In this document: positions 11,101-24,100 of the stretch, in pieces
Numbering within the stretch: the first letter of the stretch is position 1
Layout: each line of letters opens with the position of its first letter
Source: Thalia democratica
Lineage: Eukaryota
Direction of reading: 5' to 3'
Assembly: GCA_965202585.1 (NCBI GenBank)
Contig: OZ241833.1
Location: 26,908,001 to 26,972,000, forward strand
Length of the DNA: 64,000 nucleotides
Position numbers and translations under genes: made by a program
The notes under the pieces: model-generated
The model's input: the letters and a program-made list of their open reading frames with translations, nothing else
Database searches by the model: none
Told to the model about the DNA's origin: nothing

Positions 11101-14067
11101 AGCTAAACAAAAAAAACTACAATTTGCCTTACGCAACAAAAGTTTAGCATTATTTTTTTTCTCTCAACATATACTTGCATTAGATTCAAATGTTAACATT
11201 GCATCATACAGCAGCTCATTCATCATGCTACGTCAGCATTGAGAATTGACGAAAATGTAGAAAACGTTTATTTCGAAATACAAGCTTTTGTTCGCTAAGA
11301 TATTGTGCTGCTGTTTTTTATGACTAGTATTTCCTAATAAAAAGGCCTTCAATCGTTGTGTTTTATAAGAGAAGCTTATTGTAAACATTTTTGAAGCGAA
11401 TTTAAGTTTTAGTTTAATAAAAATAACGCTTTTAAAAAGCTGGTAGTAATTTAAGCAAAATATACTGCAAACATACTTAATGTTTTATTATACTTCTTTA
11501 CAAGACATATGTATTAAGTTATTTTAAGTACAATGAAGTTTAAATAGTAAAAAACCAACTAAAAATTTTTATTTGATTTAAAATATCGTCATTAAAGTTA
11601 ATTATATTTAATTATAAAATATCTTTTAAGCATTTTAAACGCACCTTATTCGTAGTTTGTGTTCGTGTTTTTAAGCTAACTTGTAGTTAAACGGATGTAA
11701 CAAAAACTTGTTTTATTACTTTAATATCTACACTCACAGAAAAACTTGTTATAAGTAAAAACAATTGTGACAAAGTTACTTTTTTTAAAACTAATCGTTA
11801 AAATTTTTCTTAGTTTTCCTATTTATAAACATTGCTTTTTTTGTGCTAAGTTTTGCTTTACTTGATTTTTTTTTGTGCCAAATGTTATCAATAATATAAT
11901 TAAGTACAATTTATACGTAAAATGAACAAATGTTTCTTTAAACTGAAGAAATTTGTATATATGCAACTATTTCGTGAACAGTTTAGTTGCTCTGCTGCAT
12001 AGTTACGCTGGGTAAAGTTGCGTAGTTATACAGCAGGTGAGTAGTTAAATGTAGCTTCAAACTTTTACTTCAAATCGATCTTAAACAGACTGAAATGTCG
12101 TCTAATCTATAAGTAAATTTAGTAAGTACAGTTACTTTTATTATATTAAAAAAATATCAACACAAAAGCTTGCAAGTATCAAAGAGTAAAATATTAAAAT
12201 AAAACAAATACGTTGATCGGAATTTTTTTCTTAATTAAAACCAAAGTAGTATTAGAAGTTATTGAAATTATCTTTTTGATAAAGTCAGTACTATTGTTGC
12301 CAATTTTTACATGCAGAATAAATTTTAACGTGAAAATATGATAAGCTGGACTTTTTTAAATATCTTAGTGTCTCTTTAGAATTTATATAACTTCTTTTCT
12401 AGTTTAATAAAAAGTAGTACAAGAAAACAATAAAATTATACTTAGACATGTGAGCAGCACACTTTTTATATTTACAGGTAAGCAACTTTTTTGTATATTA
12501 AATCATTATAAGATTGCATTGTAAATTTTGTAAAAACCATAAATGAGAAGTTTAAAAAATGTTTCATTCTGCTGCACGTTAATGTTGTTGTTGATGATAA
12601 AAACAAAAGAATCTTTTTAAGTACTTTTTTTGAACTTTATATTTATCTTCATCTTTATTTTAACTTTTAAACTTATAAAAAATCTAAAGTTAATTTAGAA
12701 TTAACAAAGTTGAAAGAGGACTTATACGGGTAAAGTTTTTTGTTGTTTAGAAATTGTAATATGAACATAACTTTCATATAGCTTCAAAGTTAGTATAAAA
12801 AAAGCAAAAAAAAAAACAAAGACTTTATATAAACAGAAACTAGTCAACTTCGGAAACGAAAAATGAGTATAGTTTTACAGACCTAATATTTTTTACCAAA
12901 GCAGTTTTTAGGATTTACTAAAGTACATTTTTTAGTTTTTATCTTATATATCATTTCAAAAACTGATTCAACTAAAAACGTACTTGAAATTATAAGGTTT
13001 TAATTTCACTTTTTTGATGATTTTTGGATAAGTTATTTGATCTTTAGGTTTTTGATAAGAAATTAAAAAAGTATTAACAATTTTTTTTTAATCTGTAGTT
13101 TATGTTTTTTTTATTTCAAACAATCTGTTTCTATCAAATTTAGATGAAATTTTAATGTTTTTAAAGTACAGCTTAGTATAAAGTACATTTTTATTTTGCC
13201 AATTATTTTTACAGTTAAAAATTACAAACGTAGAAAAACATTATTCATAAAAAGTGTTACAATAAATTAATTATAGCTGCTCTACAGTGATTAAAACAAA
13301 TAAAAAACAGTTAGTATTAGGTTAGCATTCTCTCTTTTGTATAACAAATAGACAATAAACTAAGTTGTACTGAAAATAAACAAAAGGTAACATTAACAAT
13401 TACTCTTCATGTTGTAACAATGCTAAGTTTTCAAAAATTAACACTAGTTGTATTAAAAATTATTAAAAATTGTACTAAATGTATGAAAATTAGCTTACAA
13501 TCATTGTAGGTGCTTAAGTAAAACCTTTCATATAGGATGCAATATAAATACGTGATTTTTTTAATGCTTAAATATGACAAAAACTGTATGGACCGTTGTT
13601 AATCGGAAATTTAAATTTATCTCAATGTCTTCTTAGTGTACTTTTAGTTTAAAAAATTTATGAAATCTTTTGTAATAAAGTTTGAAACAGAGTAAAATAA
13701 TGCATAAACAACGAAGCTGTATAAAGCATACCTCTGACTAAACATAAAGGTTTTGTTACAAAATTTACAAAAAAAAGCAACATACTTATACGTTAACTAA
13801 ACATTTAGACAAATCTCTGCGTATTTTTAGGTTAAAACATCTAAATAACAACATCATTTGTTATTAACGGCTCGAATTATCATTTTAGAAGCATTAGAAA
13901 CTTTAATACACATTTTCAAATAGCTTTTTAAAATAAATATTAAACGGAATTGTATTTAAGAAAAACCATTTTCTTAATAGTTTTATGGTTAAAAAGTTTT
14001 ACAAGTTATGAAATTTATAGAATCTAAAAGTCTAAAACTATTTCAAAAACGTGCTTATGCTTCTTAC

Positions 14068-15486
14068 ATCAGGATTTTAATGTTAGGGCTGCTGTTGTTA
14101 AGAACCAGTTTACTTTTTTGGATAGAGCTATCTATAACAAAGACCTCATTTTTCGAGCTAGTGTTATTACCAGAAGGTTGTTCACTACTCTGGTAGGAAG
14201 TAAGTTTTTAGCAATTGTTTTTAGGATATCACGGAAAAACAATTTCAAGTATATATGATTGATTCCATTAAGTATCTTTTTGGAAAATCTCTTTATAGTA
14301 TTTTCATTTGGGTTTATAAGCTTCGGTTTATCTAAATTTTTTAATTTTTTTCTTAATCAGTTTTCTTCTTTCAACAAAATCTTACGCTTCAACTCAGATT
14401 TTATAGACTGAATTTGATCCATCAGTCCTTTGTGCGGTTTTAATTTTGTAATCTCAACATTATTTGAAGCTTTTACTGGTCCAGGATCAGTTTTTGGAGC
14501 AGCTTTAATCGTATAATTGGGTCCTGTTTGTTTCAGGTCAAGATTTTCAGCATTGAAACCGGAAAGTTTTGCACTTGAAGTTAGTTTTTTTTTAGGTTTC
14601 CTTTTTTTACGATTTTTTCTCAGGTAAATTATCAAACTTTTTGTTACCAGAATTACCAGTAAACTTCAAGAAAGGAGTTTTTTTACCTTCCACCAAGATT
14701 TCATTATGTTTCAGTTGTGAAACATCAACCTCTGATAAAAATGCGTTTGGAGCAGCCTTAATTGTATCATTGAGTCTTGTTTGCATCGGGTTTGCTTTTT
14801 CAGCACTAAAAGCGGAAAATTTTGTACTTAAAATTTGTTTTCTCATATTTTTCTTTCCTTTACACTTTTTTGTTCTCAGTAAACTTTCATACTTACTTCT
14901 GTAGATTTGTAGAAGACTTTATTGGATTAGTTTCTCGATTCACCAAGCTTTCTTTCAGTTTCTGTTCTAAAGCATCAACCTTTTCTAAAGCTGCGTTTGG
15001 AACAGATTTAAATTTCACACTACCTTTCAGTTTTCAGCTATGTTTTGTTGCTAGATTTTTAATTGCGCATGTGTCCTTATTATTAGTGACTGACTCTTTC
15101 GATTCAGCTTGTTTGGTTTTAGTTTGCGACTTATCAGTGTTTATAAATCTATTTTTCTTATTAAATGCTTTATTTTTATTCTTCATAGACTTTTCAGGTT
15201 TTACTGCCGATTTAACCTTCGTACCACTTATAAGCAAATTATCATTGAACACATTTTTTTTATTTTTATCAGATTTTAAAAAGTCTTTGGTAAACAACTC
15301 ATCCTCAGTGATACATACATTTTCTTTTGGTTGATTTCCCAAAGTTGGCAAGACCTGTACTATATTATTGCCTTTGGATTCTTCATCACAGACCTTCTGA
15401 GTGCTAACATCAAGAAAACACGGACAGTGCTTAACAGCTTTTATCAGTTTTTGAGGACAAATTGATTTTGACGACAAAATTACCAT
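14068..15486 (-). pseudogene. Disrupted Lys/Asn/Ser-rich ORF with internal repeats; possible extra small exons up to ~16590
   Basis: Consecutive minus-strand ORF pieces (15486-15034, same frame to ~14895, 14846-14607, 14635-14357, 14189-14068) separated by a TGA and frameshifts; repeated motif F(S/N)AE..-TIKAAP. No recognised family. Confidence 0.4.
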
Positions 15487-18400
15487 TTATGACACCTGTT
15501 GTTTTTTATTGATTTATAGAATTTAGTTAACAAAAGTTGCAAAACAGAAAATTTTAAATTTTTAAAGTATAGTATATTAAAGGTAGTTGGTGGTCACAAA
15601 GTAATTTTTCAGTTGTCTACAAAAATATAAGGTAATATTTATAATAGTTTAAGGAATAATTTAATCTATGAACCAGCTACTAAATAAGTGTCTATAAAAT
15701 TAGAATACTTAAAATACAAAACTAAAGATTGACTTTGTTTTAAAGTTTTAAATGTTTTATTGTATTAAGTTCTGTTGAACTTTTGTAAAACTTTCAAAAA
15801 ATAAAGTAATGAGGTGATTAACGATACGATGACTTTATATGTCATTAACTTTTTATAAAGCTTTTGTTATATTTAAGTTAGTTAGAAGGTTTAGCGTCAA
15901 TATCAAGTTAATTACAAAAATTTAAGAAAATGTACATATCAAACATTTATCAGATTAAAATAATAAAAATTTTGCAGCTCACTTATAACTTTATGATTTA
16001 CACAGTGTACTGATCAGATTAGACATTGTTCGTTAAACTATGCTATATAACGATTAGTATTTTAACATTGTTTTATACTATACTATATTTAATAGTATTT
16101 AGTCATTTTTTAAAATAAAATTAAACAATTGTAGATTTATCGAATTTCCTGATTCGAGTTGCAAAGTGTCCTATAATAATGCTTATTGTCTCAATCACTG
16201 TCTTTAAAATTAAAGTGAATTTTTTTTTGATAGGTTTGTATGAATAATTTAGATTATAGAAATATATAGTTATGAACAGTATAAAATTTAAGAAAGTAAA
16301 AATTCAAGTAACACATTATTATAAGGTAGTGGGCAACGTACAGGTCAGATCTAGCCCACCAAGGAAGTTTGAATCGCGACTTGGTTTTAGTTCGATAAAT
16401 TGTAAAAAACGGACTAACTCAGATTTTTTTAACCTATATTATAGAATGTTACCTTGACTAGGTTTTTATTACGCAGTAGTTAGCAAATATTTTATAAAAT
16501 GTTTTGTTTAATTTTGCTTTAAAATTCAGTTTTTAAACTTTTTTCAAAATCACGCTGCCCGCGGAAATCTGTTCGGCAAAAGACATTTCTCATTTATCTA
16601 GCAAGCCGAGTAGAAAATATATAAATTTATGTTTGATAATTTTTTTTTTTTTAATTATTTGATTACACATGATTTTGATCATGTAGCCATATTAAAGATT
16701 AATAAACACTGTAAGTGTTGTTTAAAGTATATAAAGTTGTATACATAACAAATACAAAAATTACTGTTTTATTATTTAACTTACATTAGATTTTATTAAA
16801 TGATCAAGTACTTAAAACAACATATTGAAGAACTTAAAAAACTAATACGACAATAAAATTTTCAGAATATAAAAAAAAAAGTATGGTTGATTATATTAGC
16901 GTAGTTTTTGTTTTTATAAAAAAATAAATATTAAAATGTTCCGATTTTTGAAACACTAATATTCCTTTTTTTTTTTTTTAAATAGAAAATAAACAATAGA
17001 ATTTTAATTTAAATCTTAACATAAATTTTCATTTTTATAACTTTTTTTTTTTAAATTTATGAACAAAAAAAAAATTAATTTTACTTAAAAATTTAATTTA
17101 TTTACATAAAATTTCATCAGTAAATCTTAATGCAAAAAAAATAACAAATTTAAAAAAGAGTCTTACAAAAACAATTGTAAAACATTATAAGTTGAAAAAC
17201 TTACTCCTAAAAAACAAAAACAAAGCTAGTTGGATTTACTAATTTGTTCAAAAAAAAAAACTAGTTAGTTTGAAGGCTAAAAATCAATATAATGTTCTCT
17301 AATGTAATTTTTCATGATAATTCAAAATTAGTTTTTAGTTTTGCGTAAACAACAATTAAGCACTTTCTTATAAAATTAATTACTTTTAATTTTAAACTGC
17401 TTCGCTTAAACATGTAAATTCCAGGTAAACTCTCTTTGATTTAGTTGTTAATTGTTTCCTTTTTTTACAGTTCAATTAGAAGTTCTAACTTTTTTTTACT
17501 ACTTGGGTTTTTAGCAGTTAGTATCAGAAAAAATTTTGACAAAAAAGAAATGATAACTATTAAAAACAATCAAATAGAGTTTATAGTATTCGGATTATCT
17601 ATTTTTGAATTATATTTACAGTTATTTGTGTTTTGTATAAAATCAACAAGTCAACAAGTAAGCAATAAGTTTATATTATATTTATTTTATTATTAATCAT
17701 AGATATACTATTGTAAAGAAGTTTAAATTTTAAATAAAAGCTTTTGTATTGCTTAGGTTGTTTAACTAATCGAATAGTATAAATATCCAAAAACTTTAAT
17801 TAAAAAGAAAATATTAAACTATTACTGTATTTCTACAAATAAGTAGAATTTAAACCTTTTTTGCTGTCTCCTCTCCTAACGCCAGAACGTTGAGAGCCTA
17901 CAAAACATTAAAAATTAATGATCTTTCAAATTTTTAAATGATTTTTTTGTTTTCTTTATAAATCGTTAATAAGTTGAATAAAATAGCTTTGAATAAAGAA
18001 AAACTATTTAAAAACTTTTTTTTTTAAGTAAAAAATATTTGAGGTAAAATATTTTGAAAAACCTAAAGCTTCAATTTTCATTGATAATCGCGTATAAAAC
18101 TAGGTGAAAATTACAAAACCCTTTGTACTCACTTTTACACTGTAAATTCTAAAAAATAAAACGGTAAAATAAAATTGGCTAAAAACTTGTGGCCAAATAG
18201 AATTTCTATTAAGTTGTGACATATTGTGTTAATCATATATTTTTTGACTATTTCACAGATTTGTCACAAGCTCGTAATTTTTATTTTTACCATTTTGCAT
18301 GACTAATTCTTGCTTATGGCTCATTGTTTGGCTTTTTTTAAATGTTTATTATTTTGTATTTTAGTCATTTACGATTATAAATATATAAGTCAAAAATTAA

Positions 18401-21001
18401 ACTTATTAAACAACTTTTTAAAGTAAAAGGTTATAAAAAAAGTTATTTTAAACTTAGATAATTTAAGTAAATAATTCAATCTTTTGTCTCTTTAAACATT
18501 ATAGTTTAAAATTTTATCACGTTAAAAAAAAGTTTAATTAAAGTTTACTTTGAATCCTAACGCTTTTATGTAGAATTGTGATTACACCATTGGAACAATA
18601 AATTGTTTTTTATCCTAAATAAGGTCATCGAACAAATACTTTTTTAACGTTGTTTACTTTTGGACTGTTTGATTTGTAAGTAGAAAAAGAAGTTAAATAT
18701 TAAAAGCATTGTTTAGCTTTTGAGTTTTAAAAAAAGTTTCAAAACATTTTTTTTAAATTAATAGATGAAAGTTTTTCATTTTTTACAGCAATCTAATTTT
18801 CAATGCAGTTCAGTAATTTAGAATTCATAGCTTTTTACGTTAACTTATATATTATCATATACTAAATTGTTAATTTTTTTTTTAAGATAACGTATTACAT
18901 TTTTTTTTATTACTGCAGTACTGTTTAAGCATTTTTATGACGAAATGGTGTTTAAAATTGTAAATAGTATTAAAATGGAAACTGATTAAATAAAACTAAT
19001 TTTAACCACTATTTAAAACAGTTTATAATGATAAAAAACAAAAAAATGAAAGTATAAGATCGATTATAATTTTGCTTAAAACAGAAAAAAGGTTTGGTTT
19101 GAAAAAGAAAATACATTTCATATTTAAACGACTTATTTTTTTCATTCAGAACAGTTAGTAATATTTTTAGAAAAAAAAACTAACTAATATAGCTTTATAT
19201 GTGGATAAGTAAAATTAAACCATTTCTGTAAGTTAATCATGGAAAAATTTACTTTAATTATTAATATTCTTGTGAAATTATTTAGAAAGTATTTAGTACT
19301 CGTCTTTTTTGTCCGGAGGCGTTTGAAATTTTTCAAAAACATTAACATACAAAACAGGTTATTAATCAGAGCAAAGTTTACAATTTGTATCATTCAGTTT
19401 CATTAGCTCTCAGGTTAGTTTTAGGTACGTTTAAACTTACATTTAAGTAAACTTTTAGCGTGTGATGTTTTCATAGTAAGCTTTTTTATGAAAAATAAGC
19501 TAGTTATAGGTTAAAAGAGCTTTTTTATTATAAAAAGCAAAAAATTTAAACACATCACTGCATTTTAGAATGCAAACATAAGCTTCCATTTCGAAAAAAA
19601 TATCGTTATTTCCTTATCGTCAATTCTCAATGATGACGTAGGTTGACCGTGCTGAAAAGTGAATGCAATGTCACATGCTTGCAGTGCTAACACATAAAGA
19701 GAGAAAAATTCAATGCTCAGCTTCGATTGCTCAACGGCAATTTTGTTTTTCCTTGAGAAGCCACTTTTCTTTTGTTTGCTTGTCGAGAGGTAGCTTCCTA
19801 CAGACTAAATATTTTGTTGTGGAAGTACATAACACAAAGTTTTAAATAAAAATTTGTTTTTCTTAGTTTTAGATAAAATAGCTTAGAATATATAAACTAA
19901 TAAAAAGTTTTTTTATAAACTAGTTTTAAAGTATGTTTAAGTTTTAAATTGCTTAAGTTTGTTATCTTTATTTTTGAAAATGTACTATACTTTTGTTTAT
20001 TTTTTCTTGTTGTAGAAAATATATTTTAGAAAGTAAAACTTTAAGTTTTTATAGAAGTAAAGTTATTTTTTGATAGCATTTTTATTTTATTTTTGGTTTA
20101 TATAAAATAAAAGAGAAAAGAATTGCAACTTTCTTAGTCTAATTAATACGATAGATACACTTAAGTAATCTTTGAATTTGTTTGTTTTTGACTAATTTTG
20201 ATGTAAAAGTTTATAAAAACAAGTTTGCAGAGCACATTCAAACTTGATAACACAAACACTTTTAAAAACTCTATGTTTAATGCCTCAAAGTTATAAGTTT
20301 TATTTTCTCAGAAATTTTCTTTCTCGTTTTTTTTAAGAAAATTTAATAGTAAAACGTCAATGTTACAGAAATAAAGAGCTTATTAAAATTGTTTTAATGA
20401 AGTGTTTACTAATTAAAACCTAAAAAAAACGTTTATATTTAGTAATTAAAACTTAATATAACTGAATTGCAAATATGAAGTAAAATTTTAAAAAATAACT
20501 TTTTTAAAGATTTCAATAACAACTTATATTTACATTATTGTGAAATAACAAATTAAAAGTATATACTAACTTTTATATTCTATTATTATTTTCATTGGCT
20601 AAAAATAAGTCACAGAAAGATCTTTTAAAAAAGTGAAAAACGTTTTGTAGTTATAATTATATTTGAAAACTGTTGCAGCTAAAAGGTTTTAAACTGGTAA
20701 AATGAACGTATGATTGTCAAAAACAAAGATAGGTTATGATAGTTAGCAGATTTTTTTAATCGTTTTGCGGTAAATAACTTTTCCTTGTTGTTTAAACACT
20801 TGCTGCTGTCTTATTTGATAACTTGATATTGAACTAAGTTTTCAACATGTTTTAGTTAAAATTTAAGCCTTGTTGTCTTGTTTGAACTAGTTTTATAGTA
20901 TAATACAACAACAGCTTTTTATATTGTTAACGATATTATTATTTTCAAAAAATATTTTTTTTTTTGCGATATTTTTAAATAGTTTTGAAAGTAAATGCTC
21001 G

Positions 21002-21031
21002 ATTGCATCAAATTTAGTTCTAAATATAAAA
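21002..21031 (+). promoter_or_regulatory. Candidate CYP copy B core promoter: ATTGCATCA then TATAAAA
   Basis: ATTGCATCA 21002-21010 and TATAAAA 21025-21031; conserved with copy A; ATG at 21175. Confidence 0.4.
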
Positions 21032-21174
21032 CTAGATTATACTTTTTCACAAAGTATAAGAGATTAAAAATTTTACTAACTTTGTTTAAAAATCAAGTCA
21101 AAATCTTAAATTTTTGTGCGATATTTTAACAATATGTATAAAGTATATAAACTTTTTTTAGCTTAAAATAAAAA

Positions 21175-24100
21175 ATGAGCTGGTGCAGCATATTTACTTC
21201 TTACAAAGAAACTTGGATTCTTCTGGCGACAGTCACCTTTCTATTATGGTTTGTATTTGCTTTGGTTGTTTACTTTTAGGCTTGCCAAAACACAGAGAAA
21301 TCTATTCAATTAAAACTGTCGCAAGTAATCGAGTTGAGCTTTGATAAATTAAAAAACTGTTTAAAAACTCAAATCAATCACTTTAAAAGGTCTTTTTAAG
21401 AAATTTATGAATCAAAGTAATTGAAAGAAAATATCTTAACATAAAAGAAAATATCAAAAAGGATTGTTGTTATCACTTTATAGTAATTCATTTACTAATG
21501 TTACTACATAAAAACAACATAAAAAAGTTTTACTAACAGATAAACAAAATATTAAAAAAGTTTAGATTAGACTTATCCGTCAAAATAAAGTAGCTACTTT
21601 AAAAAGAATAAATGCAAATTCTTAGCAAGAGTTTTGAAAAGAATTAATTTAGTTATTCTTTGCTTGGTAAACAAAAAATTTACGCAAATGAAAACTCTGC
21701 AGGATCTACTTCAAAAGAAGGCTGGGGGTGCTGAAGAGGCTGGGTATTCCCCACGACGACCCGGGGTTTTTGGGGCTCAAGTACGTGATGCAGTTGGCGA
21801 AAGACCCGGATGAAATGGTGAGAGTTGGTTTTGTTAACAAAAAGGTTCCTGCTTTATATATTAACTCTGTTGATATTTCAGCTACTGAGGGACGACTTCA
21901 ACATGCGGAAGAAGTACGGCGACATCTATGGGTCGGAATTTTGTTTAAGTTTTTAAATTATTTGTCGTCAAAGAGCAAAACGAAGTTTAAGACTAAGTTT
22001 TGGTTAAAAAAGCTTTTTACAGGATAAATAGTTGACACCGCAAAAATAGGTGTATGTTGCGTATAGCTTGTTTAAAAGGAATATGTTGCTAAAGTGTTTA
22101 AAAATGATAATTAGTAGCAAAAACCTTCATTTTTAAATGATAAACTATATTTTCAAGCAAAACGTCAGACATAGACAAAGAAATAAAAAATTTAGGAAAT
22201 AATTTAGAAATGCCGTTTAACAAACTTTACTAATACTAACTTAAGGATAAATTTTGAAGCGGGTAACAATATTAGAATTAGATGGTAAAAACTCAAAGCT
22301 GACTTGTAATGTCTCTGAGTAATTTTCTTTATTTTTCTTGTTCTAAGATCATTTTAAGTTATTTTTTTCTTGTTTCTCAGTTGTTTTAAGTTACTTTTTA
22401 TTTACCCATATAATCAACCTTAAGCAGGCTTACAGTATTGTAACATAATATTTTTGAAAATAAAGTTCGTTATTTAAAAGACTACAGCTTCTGATGAGAT
22501 TTCATAAGAATAAATTACAATACTTTCTGCCTTTCACATTTTCTATTAGTCGACTGAAAGTAGTGAAAATTGTCATCAATAACTGTCGAAACCATTTACA
22601 AATATTTTTTTATCACATTTTACTTACATTCAAATTTTCAATAGAACTATTTAATATATTTAAGTTACTAAAACTAGTTTAAGTTTTTATTCAAATATAT
22701 TTTTAAACTATCATGTAAATTTTAAAAGTGTATATAATCTTTAACCTTCTTTTGAAAAATAAAAGTTGTGAAGATAGTTTAAAATTTTAGTTAAGTGTTA
22801 ATTTCTGCTCCGATTTTGTACAACTTTATTTTTTTAAATAGAGTTTTATTGAACTTTTATAGGCGATACCAATTCCTAAGTCCCATCATAACGATTTGGG
22901 ACACGGAAATCTTGAAAGAGTTGTTCGTGAAAGAGTTCCACAACTTCCCGGACCGGCAGGTGAGCTTTTAATACTTGAAAATTTGCCGGTTTGAAAAATA
23001 ATTGGTTTTAATTTTCATCAGAAATGGATGCTGAAGATAAACGGCGAAATGAATGACTCCCTGGTCAATGCCAGCGGAAACCAGTGGAAGAGAATCAGGT
23101 TTGTTTTATTTATTAACTAATACTTTTGCTTATGTAAACATTTTAGTAGCAATTAAACTATCAGTTATTCAAAATTCAAATTTTACTCAACTTTTTCACC
23201 TAAAAGTTCTGACAAGTAACCCATTAACTGTGTGAAAAAAAAAACTTTTTGAAAACAACTCATGTAGAATTGAGATACGGTTAAATTTTTATTAATTGTT
23301 TTTATCCAGAAAAACATTAAGCCCAGCCTTTTCAAGTTCCAAGTTGAAGCAAATGCTATACATAGCTGAGAACTGCACGGAAATTTTCATGAAAAAAATG
23401 CAAAATATTGTAGAAAACAAAGACGGAATTTTTCACGCGAGAACGTAAGTTTGAGTTTAAACGTTTTATTATTACATTTGTTATTCAAAACTGTTTTTAT
23501 AATCTTATTTTTTACATATTAATCTAAAGTTTCTAACTTAATGAAAGTTTTAAAAATTTTAACTTATTATTTTAGTAGTTATTTAGTTAGAAGTTTTAAT
23601 TTGCAGAATTCCACGTTCTTCTTTTCAAGTTTTAAGTTTATTTTATGTTAATTTTTGCATTTTAAATGTACAAAAGACATACAGAGCGAAATAAGTCAGC
23701 TTAGAATACATAATAATTTATTACTTTTGAGAAAAAACAATTACTCAGTTTCACCGCAGAGCGGATTTTAAAATTGTAAATCTGTAGTAAAATAATAATG
23801 GTAAAAATGACAAATAATTTAAAAATGGTTTGAGTTAAGTTTTTTTACTAAAACAATAAATAAATTAAGAATTATATTGATGCTAAATAACCTTTAATTT
23901 AAAAATTATTAAATTATTGTCCTAAACAAATACAATTAAACCATGGTACACAGTTGGGTATTGATATCTAATGGATTTAAAAAGACAAAACCTTTACAGA
24001 ATTAAAAATTATGGAGTAGTAGATTAATATTATTAAGCACGTAGTTCTTATAATAAATTAATAATGTAATGTTTTTATTGTAAATAAAGACTTAAATGTT

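Noticed and set aside
11975-12740. Plus-strand donor-like sites (cagcag|gtgagt, ttacag|gtaagc) as exons of another gene
   Set aside because: All frames have stops and no compatible exon chain could be built.
15034-15036. In-frame TGA suggesting stop-codon recoding or selenocysteine
   Set aside because: The same tract also has frameshifts, and intact genes use TGG for Trp; decay is the simpler explanation.
22491-22520. CTGATGAG in CYP intron 3 (and ctgatgatc at ~32728)
   Set aside because: No stem II or GAAA partner; chance matches.
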